Below are positions 13,503-22,704 of a stretch of DNA of 32,000 nucleotides, piece after piece. The stretch comes from Pseudodesulfovibrio piezophilus C1TLV30 (lineage in GTDB: Bacteria > Desulfobacterota > Desulfovibrionia > Desulfovibrionales > Desulfovibrionaceae), in NCBI RefSeq assembly GCF_000341895.1, contig NC_020409.1:1350001-1382000 (forward strand), in the 5' to 3' direction. How positions within the stretch are numbered: position 1 is the stretch's first letter; each line of letters begins with the position of its first letter. A model generated the notes under the pieces. It searched no databases and was not told where the DNA came from. It saw nothing but the letters and a program-made list of their open reading frames with translations. The position numbers were made by a program, and so were the translations under genes.

Positions 13503-15119
13503 ATGCTCGAACTCCTCCGCATTCGAAATCTCGCCCTCATAGAGGACGTCGAACTCGAATTCTCACCGGGCCTCAACACCCTAACCGGCGAAACCGGCGC
13601 AGGTAAATCATTCATCATGCGCGCCGTTGATTTTCTCATGGGCGAGCGTATGGAAGCAAAACTGGTTCGGCCCGGTGCAGAAAAAGCATCGGTCGAAGCC
13701 CTTTTCATCCTGCCCGAGGGAGAAACCGTTATTCGCAGGGAACTCTCGGCTCAAACAGGCCGCAGTCGGGTTTTTATCAACGACACTTTATCGTCCCAAC
13801 CGACGATCAGGGACTTGGCTCCCAGGCTCATCATTCACACCAGCCAACATGGTCAGCAAAAACTTCTCTCGCCAAGCTTTCAGGCAGAGGTGCTCGATTC
13901 CTTTCTGCCCGATGCAACGTTGTTGCAGACACGAACCGAAAACTTTGCCGTCCTGAATGATGTTCTGGAACGCAAAAAAGCACTCATGGCCCGATTTGAG
14001 GAAGTAGAGAAGCAACGTGATTTTCTCGAATACCAAAAAAAGGAAATTGAGAAGGTCGACCCTCTGCCCGGTGAAGAAGACGATTTGGAAGAGCGCAAAA
14101 AAATTCTCAAGGATCGGGAAAGGGCTGGAGAATGCCTACAGAATGCATTGGACATCCTGCACGGGGAAGTCGCCCTGCTGGATTCCATGACGCTCCTGAC
14201 TCGAGAGATGGAAATCATTGCACGACTTTTCCCCGGTTTTGAAGATGACCGTGAAGCCATTGAAGAAATGAGAATGATGCTCCACGACCTGGATTCGAGA
14301 CTGCGCAAGGGACCAGCGGCTCTGGACGACGAAGACGAGCATATGAGCCTTGACGATATAGAACAACGCCTCTTTGAGTTGGCAAAACTCAAACGGAAAC
14401 TCCGACGCGGCCTTGATGAAATAGTGGGCCTCAAAGAGGAAATCGATAAAAACCTCTCTTTTCTTGATGCCTGTTCTCTTGATCTCAAGGCGTTGAGGCA
14501 TGAGGAAGACGAAGCGGCCAAGGCTCTCAGGGAAACCCTGACCAAACTCAACAGAGCTCGCCAGAAGGCGGGAAAAATACTTTCCATACGCATAGTGGAA
14601 GAACTGACAGACCTCGGTTTTTCCGAGCATGTCAAAGTCCACTTCGAGTTTGACTGTCGGGAACTCTACCCAGGATGTGAAGACATGCGTGGCCGTCTGA
14701 TGTGGGTTCCCAATCCGGGACAACCAGCACAACCACTTGACAAAATCGCTTCAGGCGGCGAATTGTCCCGTTTTCTGCTCGCGCTGGTCACCATGCGTGG
14801 CGATGACAACCAGGAGCACGACGCCCTGCCATCACTTATTTTTGATGAAGTGGACGCGGGGATCGGCGGTATGACGCTTAATTCAGTGGGGGCGAAACTT
14901 CGCAACCTGGCTGATCGGCAACAAATGTTGCTCATCACACACTGGCCTCAACTTGCGGGCAAGGCCGACCGACACTTTCTTATCCGGAAAGAGGTCGAAA
15001 ACGGAGCCACATATACCCGCTGTAATCGACTTGAGGGAGATCGTATCAAACTGGAACTCTCGCGAATGGCCGGTGGCGGAGAGCAGGGCGATGCCCTTGC
15101 AGAAAAACTGTTGAAATAG
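13503..15119 (+). CDS. recN: DNA repair protein RecN
   Basis: N-terminal LRIRNLALIEDVELEFSPGLNTLTGETGAGKS, a long coiled-coil middle region, and C-terminal ASGGELSRFLLAL...FDEVDAGIGG. Confidence 0.95.
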   Translation: MLELLRIRNLALIEDVELEFSPGLNTLTGETGAGKSFIMRAVDFLMGERMEAKLVRPGAEKASVEALFILPEGETVIRRELSAQTGRSRVFINDTLSSQPTIRDLAPRLIIHTSQHGQQKLLSPSFQAEVLDSFLPDATLLQTRTENFAVLNDVLERKKALMARFEEVEKQRDFLEYQKKEIEKVDPLPGEEDDLEERKKILKDRERAGECLQNALDILHGEVALLDSMTLLTREMEIIARLFPGFEDDREAIEEMRMMLHDLDSRLRKGPAALDDEDEHMSLDDIEQRLFELAKLKRKLRRGLDEIVGLKEEIDKNLSFLDACSLDLKALRHEEDEAAKALRETLTKLNRARQKAGKILSIRIVEELTDLGFSEHVKVHFEFDCRELYPGCEDMRGRLMWVPNPGQPAQPLDKIASGGELSRFLLALVTMRGDDNQEHDALPSLIFDEVDAGIGGMTLNSVGAKLRNLADRQQMLLITHWPQLAGKADRHFLIRKEVENGATYTRCNRLEGDRIKLELSRMAGGGEQGDALAEKLLK

Positions 15120-15165
15120 ACTCGGGTCCTCCTTCCAAACTTTTTCCGATATTCATGGGTGTGCT

Positions 15166-15759
15166 ATGATGACATTATTTGTCTCTCTCTATATCAAACT
15201 TTTCTTTCTGCTGACTCCCTTTTTCGTCTTGACGGTTTTCCTTTCGTTGACTGAAGGCATGGGTGTGACGGAACAGAGAAAACTCGCCATCAGAACATCG
15301 ACAGCAGTTTTGATTATCGCGCTCATTCTCTATTTCGCAGGAAACCCCATCTTTTCCACATTGGGAATCACGCTCGACGGCTTCCGGGTGGGTGCAGGGA
15401 GCCTGCTTTTCCTTTCCGCCGTTTCGCTCATTTCAGGAAAACGACAAAGCCTGAAGCCTGATGACGATGCAGATGTCGCCGTGGTTCCTCTGGCCATTCC
15501 CATCACCGTGGGACCTGCCACCATCGGAACGCTTCTCATTCTGGGCGCAACCCATATTACCGCAGCCCAAAAAACCGCAGGAGCGTCCGCTCTTCTCGCC
15601 GCGTGTCTGACTGTGGGTGTCATGCTCTACTCGGCTTCTGCGGTCAAACGCATCATCGGTCCCATGGGGCTTTCAGTCATGACGAAAATCACAGGGCTGG
15701 TCCTTTCCGCCATGGCCGGTCAAATTGTCCTGACAGGTGTCAAGAATTTCCTTGGTTAA
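15166..15759 (+). CDS. MarC-family (UPF0056) integral membrane protein
   Basis: Six-TM pattern. The N-terminus FFLLTPFFVLTVFLSLT and VPLAIPITVGPATIG are typical of the family. Confidence 0.8.
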   Translation: MMTLFVSLYIKLFFLLTPFFVLTVFLSLTEGMGVTEQRKLAIRTSTAVLIIALILYFAGNPIFSTLGITLDGFRVGAGSLLFLSAVSLISGKRQSLKPDDDADVAVVPLAIPITVGPATIGTLLILGATHITAAQKTAGASALLAACLTVGVMLYSASAVKRIIGPMGLSVMTKITGLVLSAMAGQIVLTGVKNFLG

Positions 15760-15822
15760 GCCCAGACGCGACACTCGGCATTAAAAGTGGACTCGGGCAG
15801 GGCGAAAGAGTAGGTTTTCCCT

Positions 15823-16527
15823 GTGACGAGAAATATAATTATTATCACATGCCTGCTTCTTGCCACTCCAAACTTCGCTTTTTCGGCCCTCGCAGGCAGA
15901 AAAATGGTACTGACGACGTCCGAAGCCATTCATACTGGAGAAGAAAGCGCTGTCCTCCGCGTGGCCTATGCAAAACTTGGTATTGAATTGGATATCAAGG
16001 AACTCCCGCCACGGCGTTCCCTTGAGGATGCCAATGACGGCTTTGCCGATGGGGAAGTTGGACGTGTCGCAGGACTGGAAAAAGAATTCACGAATCTGAT
16101 TCGCATTGACGTCCCTATCAAGAGCATCGAAACCATGGCCTATTTCACCCATGGAGCAGTGACCATAAACGGACTTGCCGACCTCACCAGATATCGAATC
16201 GGCATATTGGAAGGCATGCGCCTTTCAGAAGAACTGACCAAAGGGATGCACCCCATATCGGTTGATTCATGGGAAAAGCTGTACACTCTGCTGGAAATGG
16301 GACGTCTAGATGTCATTCTTGCCTCCCGCGAGAGACAAGAGGAGTGGCACGACATACCACAGACCCGGAACCTTGAGTCGGTTCAATTGCAACCACAGGG
16401 CCATGCCATATATCACTATCTCAATAAACGACATCTTGATTTTGCCCCGGTTATCAGAATGGTCCTGCAAGACATGCGTCAAACAGGTGAGATGAGAAAG
16501 ATCCTTTTGCAGGCTTCCATGAACTAG
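15823..16527 (+). CDS. Periplasmic solute-binding protein (family-3 / amino-acid-type SBP-like) with a signal peptide
   Basis: N-terminal signal peptide IIIITCLLLATPNFAFSA. Size and pattern resemble SBP_bac_3. GTG start. Confidence 0.55.
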   Translation: MTRNIIIITCLLLATPNFAFSALAGRKMVLTTSEAIHTGEESAVLRVAYAKLGIELDIKELPPRRSLEDANDGFADGEVGRVAGLEKEFTNLIRIDVPIKSIETMAYFTHGAVTINGLADLTRYRIGILEGMRLSEELTKGMHPISVDSWEKLYTLLEMGRLDVILASRERQEEWHDIPQTRNLESVQLQPQGHAIYHYLNKRHLDFAPVIRMVLQDMRQTGEMRKILLQASMN

Positions 16528-16623
16528 GCTTGGGGAAGAAACTCGCTCTGTCACACAGTCTCAACACTCAAGGGAGACTTGGTTTCTTTACACCCCTTCC
16601 CTTCTCAGCTACACAAAATTGTT

Positions 16624-17385
16624 ATGACAACCAACATTGACCTTGCTTTCGAGCACCTCTATCCCGTTCAGTCCTATGAACCGCGTATGGATGGCCGTAT
16701 TGCCATTCCTTCAGTTTGCAACTATCTTCAGGATATAGCTTCCCGCCATGCCGACACTCTTGGTTTCGGCTACCATGACCTTGAGAAATGTGGCCACTTC
16801 TGGATGCTAGCCCGCTTGCACGTCACTATGGAGCGACTTCCTCGATTCGGCGAGAGCTGCCGGATCGAAACATGGCCTTCGGGCAACGAACGCCTTGTGG
16901 CCCTGCGTGATTTCCTGCTTCACGATGAAAAAGGACTCATAGGGAAAGCCACGACCTCCTGGGTGACTGTCAATACGACCACACATAAACCGGACAACCC
17001 GGAAACGGTCCTCAATCGTCGATTCATTCCCAAGCGGGACCGTGCAACAATTTTTCCCACCAAGGCCATCAAACGTCTCAAGGGCGGAGAGCACGATATC
17101 AGGCTTGTTGCCCGACGCTCTGACATGGATATCAATAATCATGTCAACAATGTCCACTATGTGGAGTTCTGCCTGGAGGCGATTCCTCGTTCATGGGAAG
17201 AAAAGAATCGGTGCCTTGGCATCGACATTCAATTCAGGTCAGAATCCCATGCCGGAGATGAATATGTCTCGGCATGTGCCCCCGCCGACCCCGACGGCCC
17301 GCACGCGACGTTCCTGCATAGCCTGACACGGCTTTCTGATGGGAGAGAAGTCGTCCGCATGCGATCCTGGTGGATACAGGCATGA
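16624..17385 (+). CDS. Acyl-ACP thioesterase family protein
   Basis: Double hot-dog layout. The DMDINNHVNNVHYVEF motif is characteristic of FatA/B-type thioesterases. Confidence 0.8.
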   Translation: MTTNIDLAFEHLYPVQSYEPRMDGRIAIPSVCNYLQDIASRHADTLGFGYHDLEKCGHFWMLARLHVTMERLPRFGESCRIETWPSGNERLVALRDFLLHDEKGLIGKATTSWVTVNTTTHKPDNPETVLNRRFIPKRDRATIFPTKAIKRLKGGEHDIRLVARRSDMDINNHVNNVHYVEFCLEAIPRSWEEKNRCLGIDIQFRSESHAGDEYVSACAPADPDGPHATFLHSLTRLSDGREVVRMRSWWIQA

Positions 17386-17807
17386 GTATACAACTCCGCT
17401 TTGATGCGACAGGCGTGGATTGGGATGAAGCTGCTGCCATTTTCGAAAAAGCTCCACTGGGCACTCGCCATCCCAAGACTCTGGAACAAGCCTTTACCCG
17501 AAGCTCTCTCGTCTGTTTTGCCTGGGACGGGGAAATTCTCGTGGCAATTGGCCACGCCCTCTCCGACGGCATCCTTCACTCAGTCATCTATGATCTGTGT
17601 ATGCTACCGGAGTATCAACGCCAGGGACTGGGATCCCGAATGCTTGAAGCAATCCTCACACGCCTGAACACACCTAATTGCGTTCTCTGGTCTGTTCCCG
17701 GCAAGGAAAATTTCTATGCTCGCCACGATTTCAGACCAATGCTGACAGCCATGGCCCGTTTTGAAAATCCTGCAAAATCAGCCGTACAGGGATATATAAA
17801 ACCTTAA
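17382..17807 (+). CDS. GNAT-family N-acetyltransferase
   Basis: MLPEYQRQGLGSRMLEAIL motif. ATG 17382 forms an ATGA overlap with the thioesterase stop. Confidence 0.8.
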   Translation: MSIQLRFDATGVDWDEAAAIFEKAPLGTRHPKTLEQAFTRSSLVCFAWDGEILVAIGHALSDGILHSVIYDLCMLPEYQRQGLGSRMLEAILTRLNTPNCVLWSVPGKENFYARHDFRPMLTAMARFENPAKSAVQGYIKP

Positions 17808-17947
17808 AAACCACTCATGGTCACCATTCCCGGCACTCTCAAGAAGGCGCTTTTTTTACGCACAACGAATCCCTTTCCATGAACTCCCCTTGCCCACACA
17901 GACCTCGTAGGCTAAACAATACATAAAAAGTCAAGGAGTATGATGTC

Positions 17948-18466
17948 ATGAAGACCGACAATCCAGTCCTACAAGCTCTTTTCGATCGCCGATCCATTCG
18001 TCAATTCACCGATGAATCCGTTTCGACAGAGGACATCAAAACCATTCTCGAAGCCGGACGCTGGGCGCCAAGCGGCCTAAACAATCAACCATGGCGCTTC
18101 ATGGTCATCCCCCGGCACGATGCAAGCCATGAGAAACTCGCCCAATGCACCAAATATGCTCATATCGTTAAGAAATCAGCTGCATGTATCTGTATCATGC
18201 TCGACAAATCAGTCATGTACAGCGAGATGAAAGACCACCAGGGAGCAGGAGCCTGCATTCAGAATATGCTGCTTGCCATTCATGCTCTCGGTTTGGGAGG
18301 GGTCTGGCTTGGACAAATTGTCAATGATCAGGACGCTTCACTCGGGGCACTGGGGCTGAGCAATGAAAGCTACGAACTCCAGGCAGTCATCGCGCTGGGA
18401 CACCCGGATCAGAAGGGAAGCTCCAGCCGAAAGAGTCTGGACGATCTCCTGCTGGAGGAACTGTAA
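17948..18466 (+). CDS. Nitroreductase-family protein
   Basis: RRSIRQFTDESVS...AGRWAPSGLNNQPWRF signature. Confidence 0.85.
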   Translation: MKTDNPVLQALFDRRSIRQFTDESVSTEDIKTILEAGRWAPSGLNNQPWRFMVIPRHDASHEKLAQCTKYAHIVKKSAACICIMLDKSVMYSEMKDHQGAGACIQNMLLAIHALGLGGVWLGQIVNDQDASLGALGLSNESYELQAVIALGHPDQKGSSSRKSLDDLLLEEL

Positions 18467-19086
18467 TGGAGATAAAGAATTTCCCACTCGGCCCACTCCA
18501 GACCAATTGCTACCTGCTTTATGACGATTCCGAAGCTCTTGTCATTGATCCCGGTGGCGACCCGACCCAACTGACAGACTTTGTCAAGGAACACGCGCTG
18601 ACCATCACGCATATCCTGAACACTCATCTTCACTTTGATCACACCTACGGGAACAAGGTTCTGTCTGAAAGGACCGGCGCTCCCATCCTGTGCGGCGAGC
18701 ATGATCTCCCCCTCCTGGAAAATGAACTGGGCCGGGGGGGGACTTTCGGTCTGCCGGAAGTCGAGCCCTATGAAGCGGAAATCATAGAACCGGGTGAACA
18801 CACATTCGGAAACTTCTCCTGCACGGTTTTCCATACCCCAGGACACTCGGCTGGAAGCTTGACCTTTCATTTCCCGGACGCACAAGCCGCTTTTGTCGGC
18901 GATCTTATCTTCTATCGGTCAATTGGCCGAACCGACTTTCCCGGCGGCGATCTTGAAGTCCTGAAAAATTCGGTCAAGGAATATATCTTCACCCTGCCTC
19001 CGGAGACTCTTCTGCTCTCGGGTCATGGACCTGAGACCTCGGTAGCCGATGAAATGCACCACAACCCCTTCTTTGGCGGGTACTGA
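18466..19086 (+). CDS. MBL-fold metallo-hydrolase (glyoxalase II-like)
   Basis: THLHFDH (HxHxDH), TPGHS, and GDLIFYRSIGRTDFPGGD. Confidence 0.9.
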   Translation: MEIKNFPLGPLQTNCYLLYDDSEALVIDPGGDPTQLTDFVKEHALTITHILNTHLHFDHTYGNKVLSERTGAPILCGEHDLPLLENELGRGGTFGLPEVEPYEAEIIEPGEHTFGNFSCTVFHTPGHSAGSLTFHFPDAQAAFVGDLIFYRSIGRTDFPGGDLEVLKNSVKEYIFTLPPETLLLSGHGPETSVADEMHHNPFFGGY

Positions 19087-19130
19087 TGAGTCAACCGATC
19101 ATCATCGACATTCGAGATATGTGTTGAGGC

Positions 19131-19334
19131 GTGGGCATGGAGGTAGGTTGGTATCTCCGTTTCTCAAAGACCGATAGGGTCGAAGCCATGGTAACGGCCA
19201 AGACTGCACCTCAGGTTCGCCATGAGGCACATATTTTCCGTGACTGGATATTTGAATTTCAAGACAAAGAGGATCATGTGCTGGCCCGCATGACGCGACG
19301 CAAGCCACTCTATAAAGATGAGGACTCTGCATGA
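19131..19334 (+). CDS. Possible small hypothetical protein (about 65 aa)
   Basis: The stop overlaps the next gene's start (ATGA at 19331-19334), suggesting coupling. No family recognised and the start is uncertain. Confidence 0.35.
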   Translation: MGMEVGWYLRFSKTDRVEAMVTAKTAPQVRHEAHIFRDWIFEFQDKEDHVLARMTRRKPLYKDEDSA

Positions 19335-19942
19335 AAGCAGTCATTTATACGGCCAGCCATCGCAGGGAAGGCAACACGGACAGAGTCGCCGAACTGCTTG
19401 AAGCGGGTGTCATCAAAGCCGGAGGAAAATCGGAGATAATTCATGTCCGGGACAGGGATGTCAGGCCATGCCTGGCCTGTGGATATTGTGACAAATCCAC
19501 TCACCTTCAAGGACAACAGCGATGTATTCTCGGCAAAAAAGACGAAGCATGGGCAATGTTCGAGCCAATGTTCACAGCCCAAACTGTTTTTTTTGCCTCC
19601 CCCATATACTTCTACCACCTGCCATCACGGCTCAAAACATGGATAGACAGGGGGCAACAGTTCTGGAAGGCTCGGATCGACAAGGAAACCTGGATCGCCG
19701 ACCTCCCCCGGCGCACTGTGCATTCGGTGCTGGTTGCCGGGCAACCTGAAGGAATAAAGCTCTTCGAGGGCGCACGGCTGACGCTCAAATACTTTGTCGC
19801 GAATTTTAATATGAAATTGGCCTCTCCACTGACCTTCCGTGGCGTGGACGCTGCCGAAGATTTGCGTCACCATACTGAAATGGAAAAGCTAATCGTCGAA
19901 TGTGGACAGAAGGCATGGCAGGATGCCACACTCCCTGAATGA
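19331..19942 (+). CDS. Flavodoxin-like fold FMN reductase / iron-sulfur flavoprotein-type protein
   Basis: MKAVIYTASHRREGNTDRV..., a CLACGYC Cys cluster, and FASPIYFYHLPSRLKTWIDR, typical of the NADPH-dependent FMN reductase/Isf family. Confidence 0.75.
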   Translation: MKAVIYTASHRREGNTDRVAELLEAGVIKAGGKSEIIHVRDRDVRPCLACGYCDKSTHLQGQQRCILGKKDEAWAMFEPMFTAQTVFFASPIYFYHLPSRLKTWIDRGQQFWKARIDKETWIADLPRRTVHSVLVAGQPEGIKLFEGARLTLKYFVANFNMKLASPLTFRGVDAAEDLRHHTEMEKLIVECGQKAWQDATLPE

Positions 19943-20655
19943 CCCTTTCCATTCGCTCCATGCTCGAATGGACCGGGCTGCACCAAGGTCGATGCCCGGT
20001 CTGCGCCATGCTGACAGCCAGGGGGGTACTCTGCGAGACGTGTGCTTCTGCCCTTGCGGCCCGTACGGGCGGCTATTGTCCGGGATGCGGCGAAATATTT
20101 GCTGACGAAACCATGCCGCTGAACCTGTGCGGTGCGTGTCGCCTTTCACCGGAACCGTGGGGGCGCTTCTTTTTTCATGCCATCCATACTGGGGCACTCC
20201 GAGACCTGATCCTCGGATATAAATTCAATAATGCAACAGGCTCGACACGCTTGCTGGCAGAGATGCTGGCTGCGGCTTTTCTCGACAAAGAAGGCCCGCC
20301 TCCCGATATCATCGTTCCTGTTCCGTTGCACAAGCGTAGACTCCTTTGGCGTGGTTTTAATCAGAGCACGGAACTGTGCCGTCCGCTCAGTCAACAAACA
20401 CACTCACCTATCGTGCAAAAAAGCCTTGTACGCACCAGATACACACAGCCACAGACCATGCTTGGGCGAGCTGAACGGCGCGAAAACATCAAATCCGCAT
20501 TCACAGCCAACACCGACCTCGTCCGAGGGAACCGGGTACTCCTGGTCGATGACGTTTACACGACAGGTGCCACACTCAGGGAATGTACGGTAATGCTCAA
20601 GCAAGCCGGCGCCACAAGGGTGGATGTCCTTGTCCTGGCCCGTGCCATGCAATAG
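19939..20655 (+). CDS. comF: ComF-family phosphoribosyltransferase-domain protein with N-terminal double CxxC zinc fingers
   Basis: CPVC...CETC and CPGC...CGAC, followed by VPLHKRRLLWRGFNQS and the PRTase motif VLLVDDVYTTGATL. Confidence 0.85.
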   Translation: MTLSIRSMLEWTGLHQGRCPVCAMLTARGVLCETCASALAARTGGYCPGCGEIFADETMPLNLCGACRLSPEPWGRFFFHAIHTGALRDLILGYKFNNATGSTRLLAEMLAAAFLDKEGPPPDIIVPVPLHKRRLLWRGFNQSTELCRPLSQQTHSPIVQKSLVRTRYTQPQTMLGRAERRENIKSAFTANTDLVRGNRVLLVDDVYTTGATLRECTVMLKQAGATRVDVLVLARAMQ

Positions 20656-20855
20656 ATGACAAGGCACAGGCTCGAGGTAAAAAACAGGCTGGAATTCAAT
20701 TCTATTATATAAATGACTTTCCGTTTCAAGGCGGTATGCCCTCATACGACCAGACAATCTTTAAAAATGCCCACGGGACATTCAGAAAAAAAGGGGATTG
20801 CCTCATGGAGTTTCTTGATTTTTCCCCGACACTGTGACAGTAATCCGTCTGCCGC

Positions 20856-20912
20856 AAAAAAATAAAAAAAAGTGGCTGGGGGCTTGACTTCTGCGACAAG
20901 TTGCGGATAGGT
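20856..20912 (+). promoter_or_regulatory. Candidate rplU-rpmA promoter with an A-tract UP element
   Basis: A7TA8 tract (20856-20871), TTGACT (20884-20889), 18 nt, TAGGTT (20908-20913, approximate). Confidence 0.4.
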
Positions 20913-20943
20913 TGCCTCCTCTTACGAACTGGAGGTTTTAACT

Positions 20944-21255
20944 ATGTTTGCTATCATCGAGACCGGCGGAAAGCAGTACCGCGTTGAAGAAGGTCTTGAA
21001 CTCAAAGTAGATTTGCTCAAAATCGAGGCTGGCGAAAAGCTGGACATCGATTCCGTTCTCCTGGTTGACAAGGACGGCGACACCAAGATCGGCGCACCCT
21101 TCATTGAAGGCGCAAAGGTCGAGTGCGAAGTTCTGGGTCACTCTCGTGGCAAAAAGGTTGTGGTTTTCCACAAGCTGCCTAAAAAGGATGCCCGCAAAAC
21201 GCAGGGTCACCGCCAGGATTATACTTCTATCAAAGTCAAATCCATCACGGCCTAG
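20944..21255 (+). CDS. rplU: 50S ribosomal protein L21
   Basis: MFAIIETGGKQYRVEEG... is the canonical L21 N-terminus. GGAGG lies 8 nt upstream. Confidence 0.97.
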   Translation: MFAIIETGGKQYRVEEGLELKVDLLKIEAGEKLDIDSVLLVDKDGDTKIGAPFIEGAKVECEVLGHSRGKKVVVFHKLPKKDARKTQGHRQDYTSIKVKSITA

Positions 21256-21274
21256 CGCCTGAGGGGAGGATAAC

Positions 21275-21544
21275 ATGGCTCATAAAAAAGCTGGTGGTAG
21301 TTCCAGAAACGGTCGCGACAGTGCCGGTCAAAGACGAGGCGTCAAACGTTTTGGCGGTCAGGAAGTCCTGGCTGGCAACATCCTTGTCCGCCAGGTCGGC
21401 TCCTCTTTTCACGCTGGCGAAGGTGTCGGCACAGGCAAGGACTACACTCTGTTCGCCCTGCGCGACGGTGTTGTTAAGTTCGAGAAGTACACACGCAACA
21501 AGGTCGCCAAGACTCGCGTGCTCGTACTGCCCGCAGAAGCCTAA
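21275..21544 (+). CDS. rpmA: 50S ribosomal protein L27
   Basis: [28 protein letters not shown]... is canonical L27. Confidence 0.97.
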   Translation: MAHKKAGGSSRNGRDSAGQRRGVKRFGGQEVLAGNILVRQVGSSFHAGEGVGTGKDYTLFALRDGVVKFEKYTRNKVAKTRVLVLPAEA

Positions 21545-21565
21545 AGCTTTGCAGACAGCATTTCT

Positions 21566-21608
21566 CCGGGCAGGAGACGCTCCCTGGAGCGCCTCCTGCC
21601 CGTTTTTT
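21566..21608 (+). terminator. Strong hairpin plus T6 between rpmA and obg (terminator/attenuator)
   Basis: CGGGCAGGAG-A-CGCTCC ... GGAGCG-C-CTCCTGCCCG, followed by TTTTTT (21603-21608). Confidence 0.6.
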
Positions 21609-21651
21609 GCGTTTCCAAGTTTCGGCAATCGGGGAGAAAAGGGGTAATACC

Positions 21652-22704
21652 ATGCGTTTTGTTGATGAAGCACTCATTCTGGTCCGCTCTGGCAAGGGTG
21701 GTAACGGATGCGCGAGTCTGCGTCGTGAGGCCAATGTTCCCAAAGGTGGTCCTGATGGCGGTGATGGAGGCAAAGGTGGCGACGTCATCTTTCGCGGTTC
21801 GAACCGTCTGATGAGCCTCTATGACTTCCGCCTCCATCGTCACTATTTTGCCCGCAATGGGGAAAGCGGCATGGGCAGAGATCGTTATGGTAAAGCTGCC
21901 GAGGATCTGTATGTGGATCTCCCTGTGGGGACTCTCATCTATGAGGTGACCGAGCATGACGATGGCAACACAAGTGAAAAGCTTATTGCCGATCTTGTGA
22001 ATGATGGCACTGAAATAGTCATCTGTGAAGGAGGCAAAGGCGGCCGTGGCAACCTGCATTTCAAGTCATCCACAAACCGTACCCCTCGCGTTGCCGAATC
22101 GGGATTTCCTGGAGAGGAAAAACGGATTCGCCTGGAACTGAAAATCTTGGCGGACGTTGGACTCCTTGGCCTCCCGAGTGCAGGCAAATCCACATTTATT
22201 TCCAAAATTTCGGCAGCCCGGCCCAAAATTGCTGCATATCCCTTCACGACACTGGTCCCCAATCTCGGTGTCATTGAAAATGAAGATTTCGAACGGATGG
22301 TTATTGCTGACATCCCCGGTCTTATCGAAGGAGCCAGCGAAGGGCGTGGACTGGGCATCCAATTCCTGAAACATGTCGAGCGAAATCGATTTCTCGTCCA
22401 TATCCTCGCAGTGGAAGATCTCAATAGAGATGCTCCTACGGACGGATACGATATGCTCAATCAGGAGTTATGCGAATACAGCGCGGAACTGGGCAAAAAA
22501 ACTCAGATCAAGGTCATCAATAAAATTGACACACTTGACGAGGATGAACTTGCAGACCTCAAGGAGAAAGTGACTGCTTCCAGTGAAAAAGTTTTCTTTA
22601 TCTCAGCCCTCACAGGTGAAGGTGTTGATGAACTTCTAGCCGAAATGTGGCGACACCTGTCCCTGCTCAGCGAGAAAGAAGCCGCAGAAGAAGCCGAAGC
22701 TTAA
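21652..22704 (+). CDS. obg: GTPase Obg/CgtA
   Basis: MRFVDEALILVRSGKGGNGCASLRRE (Obg fold), GLPSAGKST (G1), DIPGLIEGA (G3), and NKID (G4). Confidence 0.97.
   Translation: MRFVDEALILVRSGKGGNGCASLRREANVPKGGPDGGDGGKGGDVIFRGSNRLMSLYDFRLHRHYFARNGESGMGRDRYGKAAEDLYVDLPVGTLIYEVTEHDDGNTSEKLIADLVNDGTEIVICEGGKGGRGNLHFKSSTNRTPRVAESGFPGEEKRIRLELKILADVGLLGLPSAGKSTFISKISAARPKIAAYPFTTLVPNLGVIENEDFERMVIADIPGLIEGASEGRGLGIQFLKHVERNRFLVHILAVEDLNRDAPTDGYDMLNQELCEYSAELGKKTQIKVINKIDTLDEDELADLKEKVTASSEKVFFISALTGEGVDELLAEMWRHLSLLSEKEAAEEAEA

Noticed and set aside
13880-14635. 251-aa antisense ORF inside recN. Similar long antisense or alternate-frame ORFs occur at 11866-12477, 12490-12960, 14136-14732, 21541-22059, 21939-22460, 25816-26454, 26479-27015 and 27826-28767.
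   Set aside because: All lie within or opposite strongly supported genes. They have Ser/Arg/Pro-rich shadow-ORF composition and lack SDs. These are typical artefacts of moderately GC-rich coding DNA.
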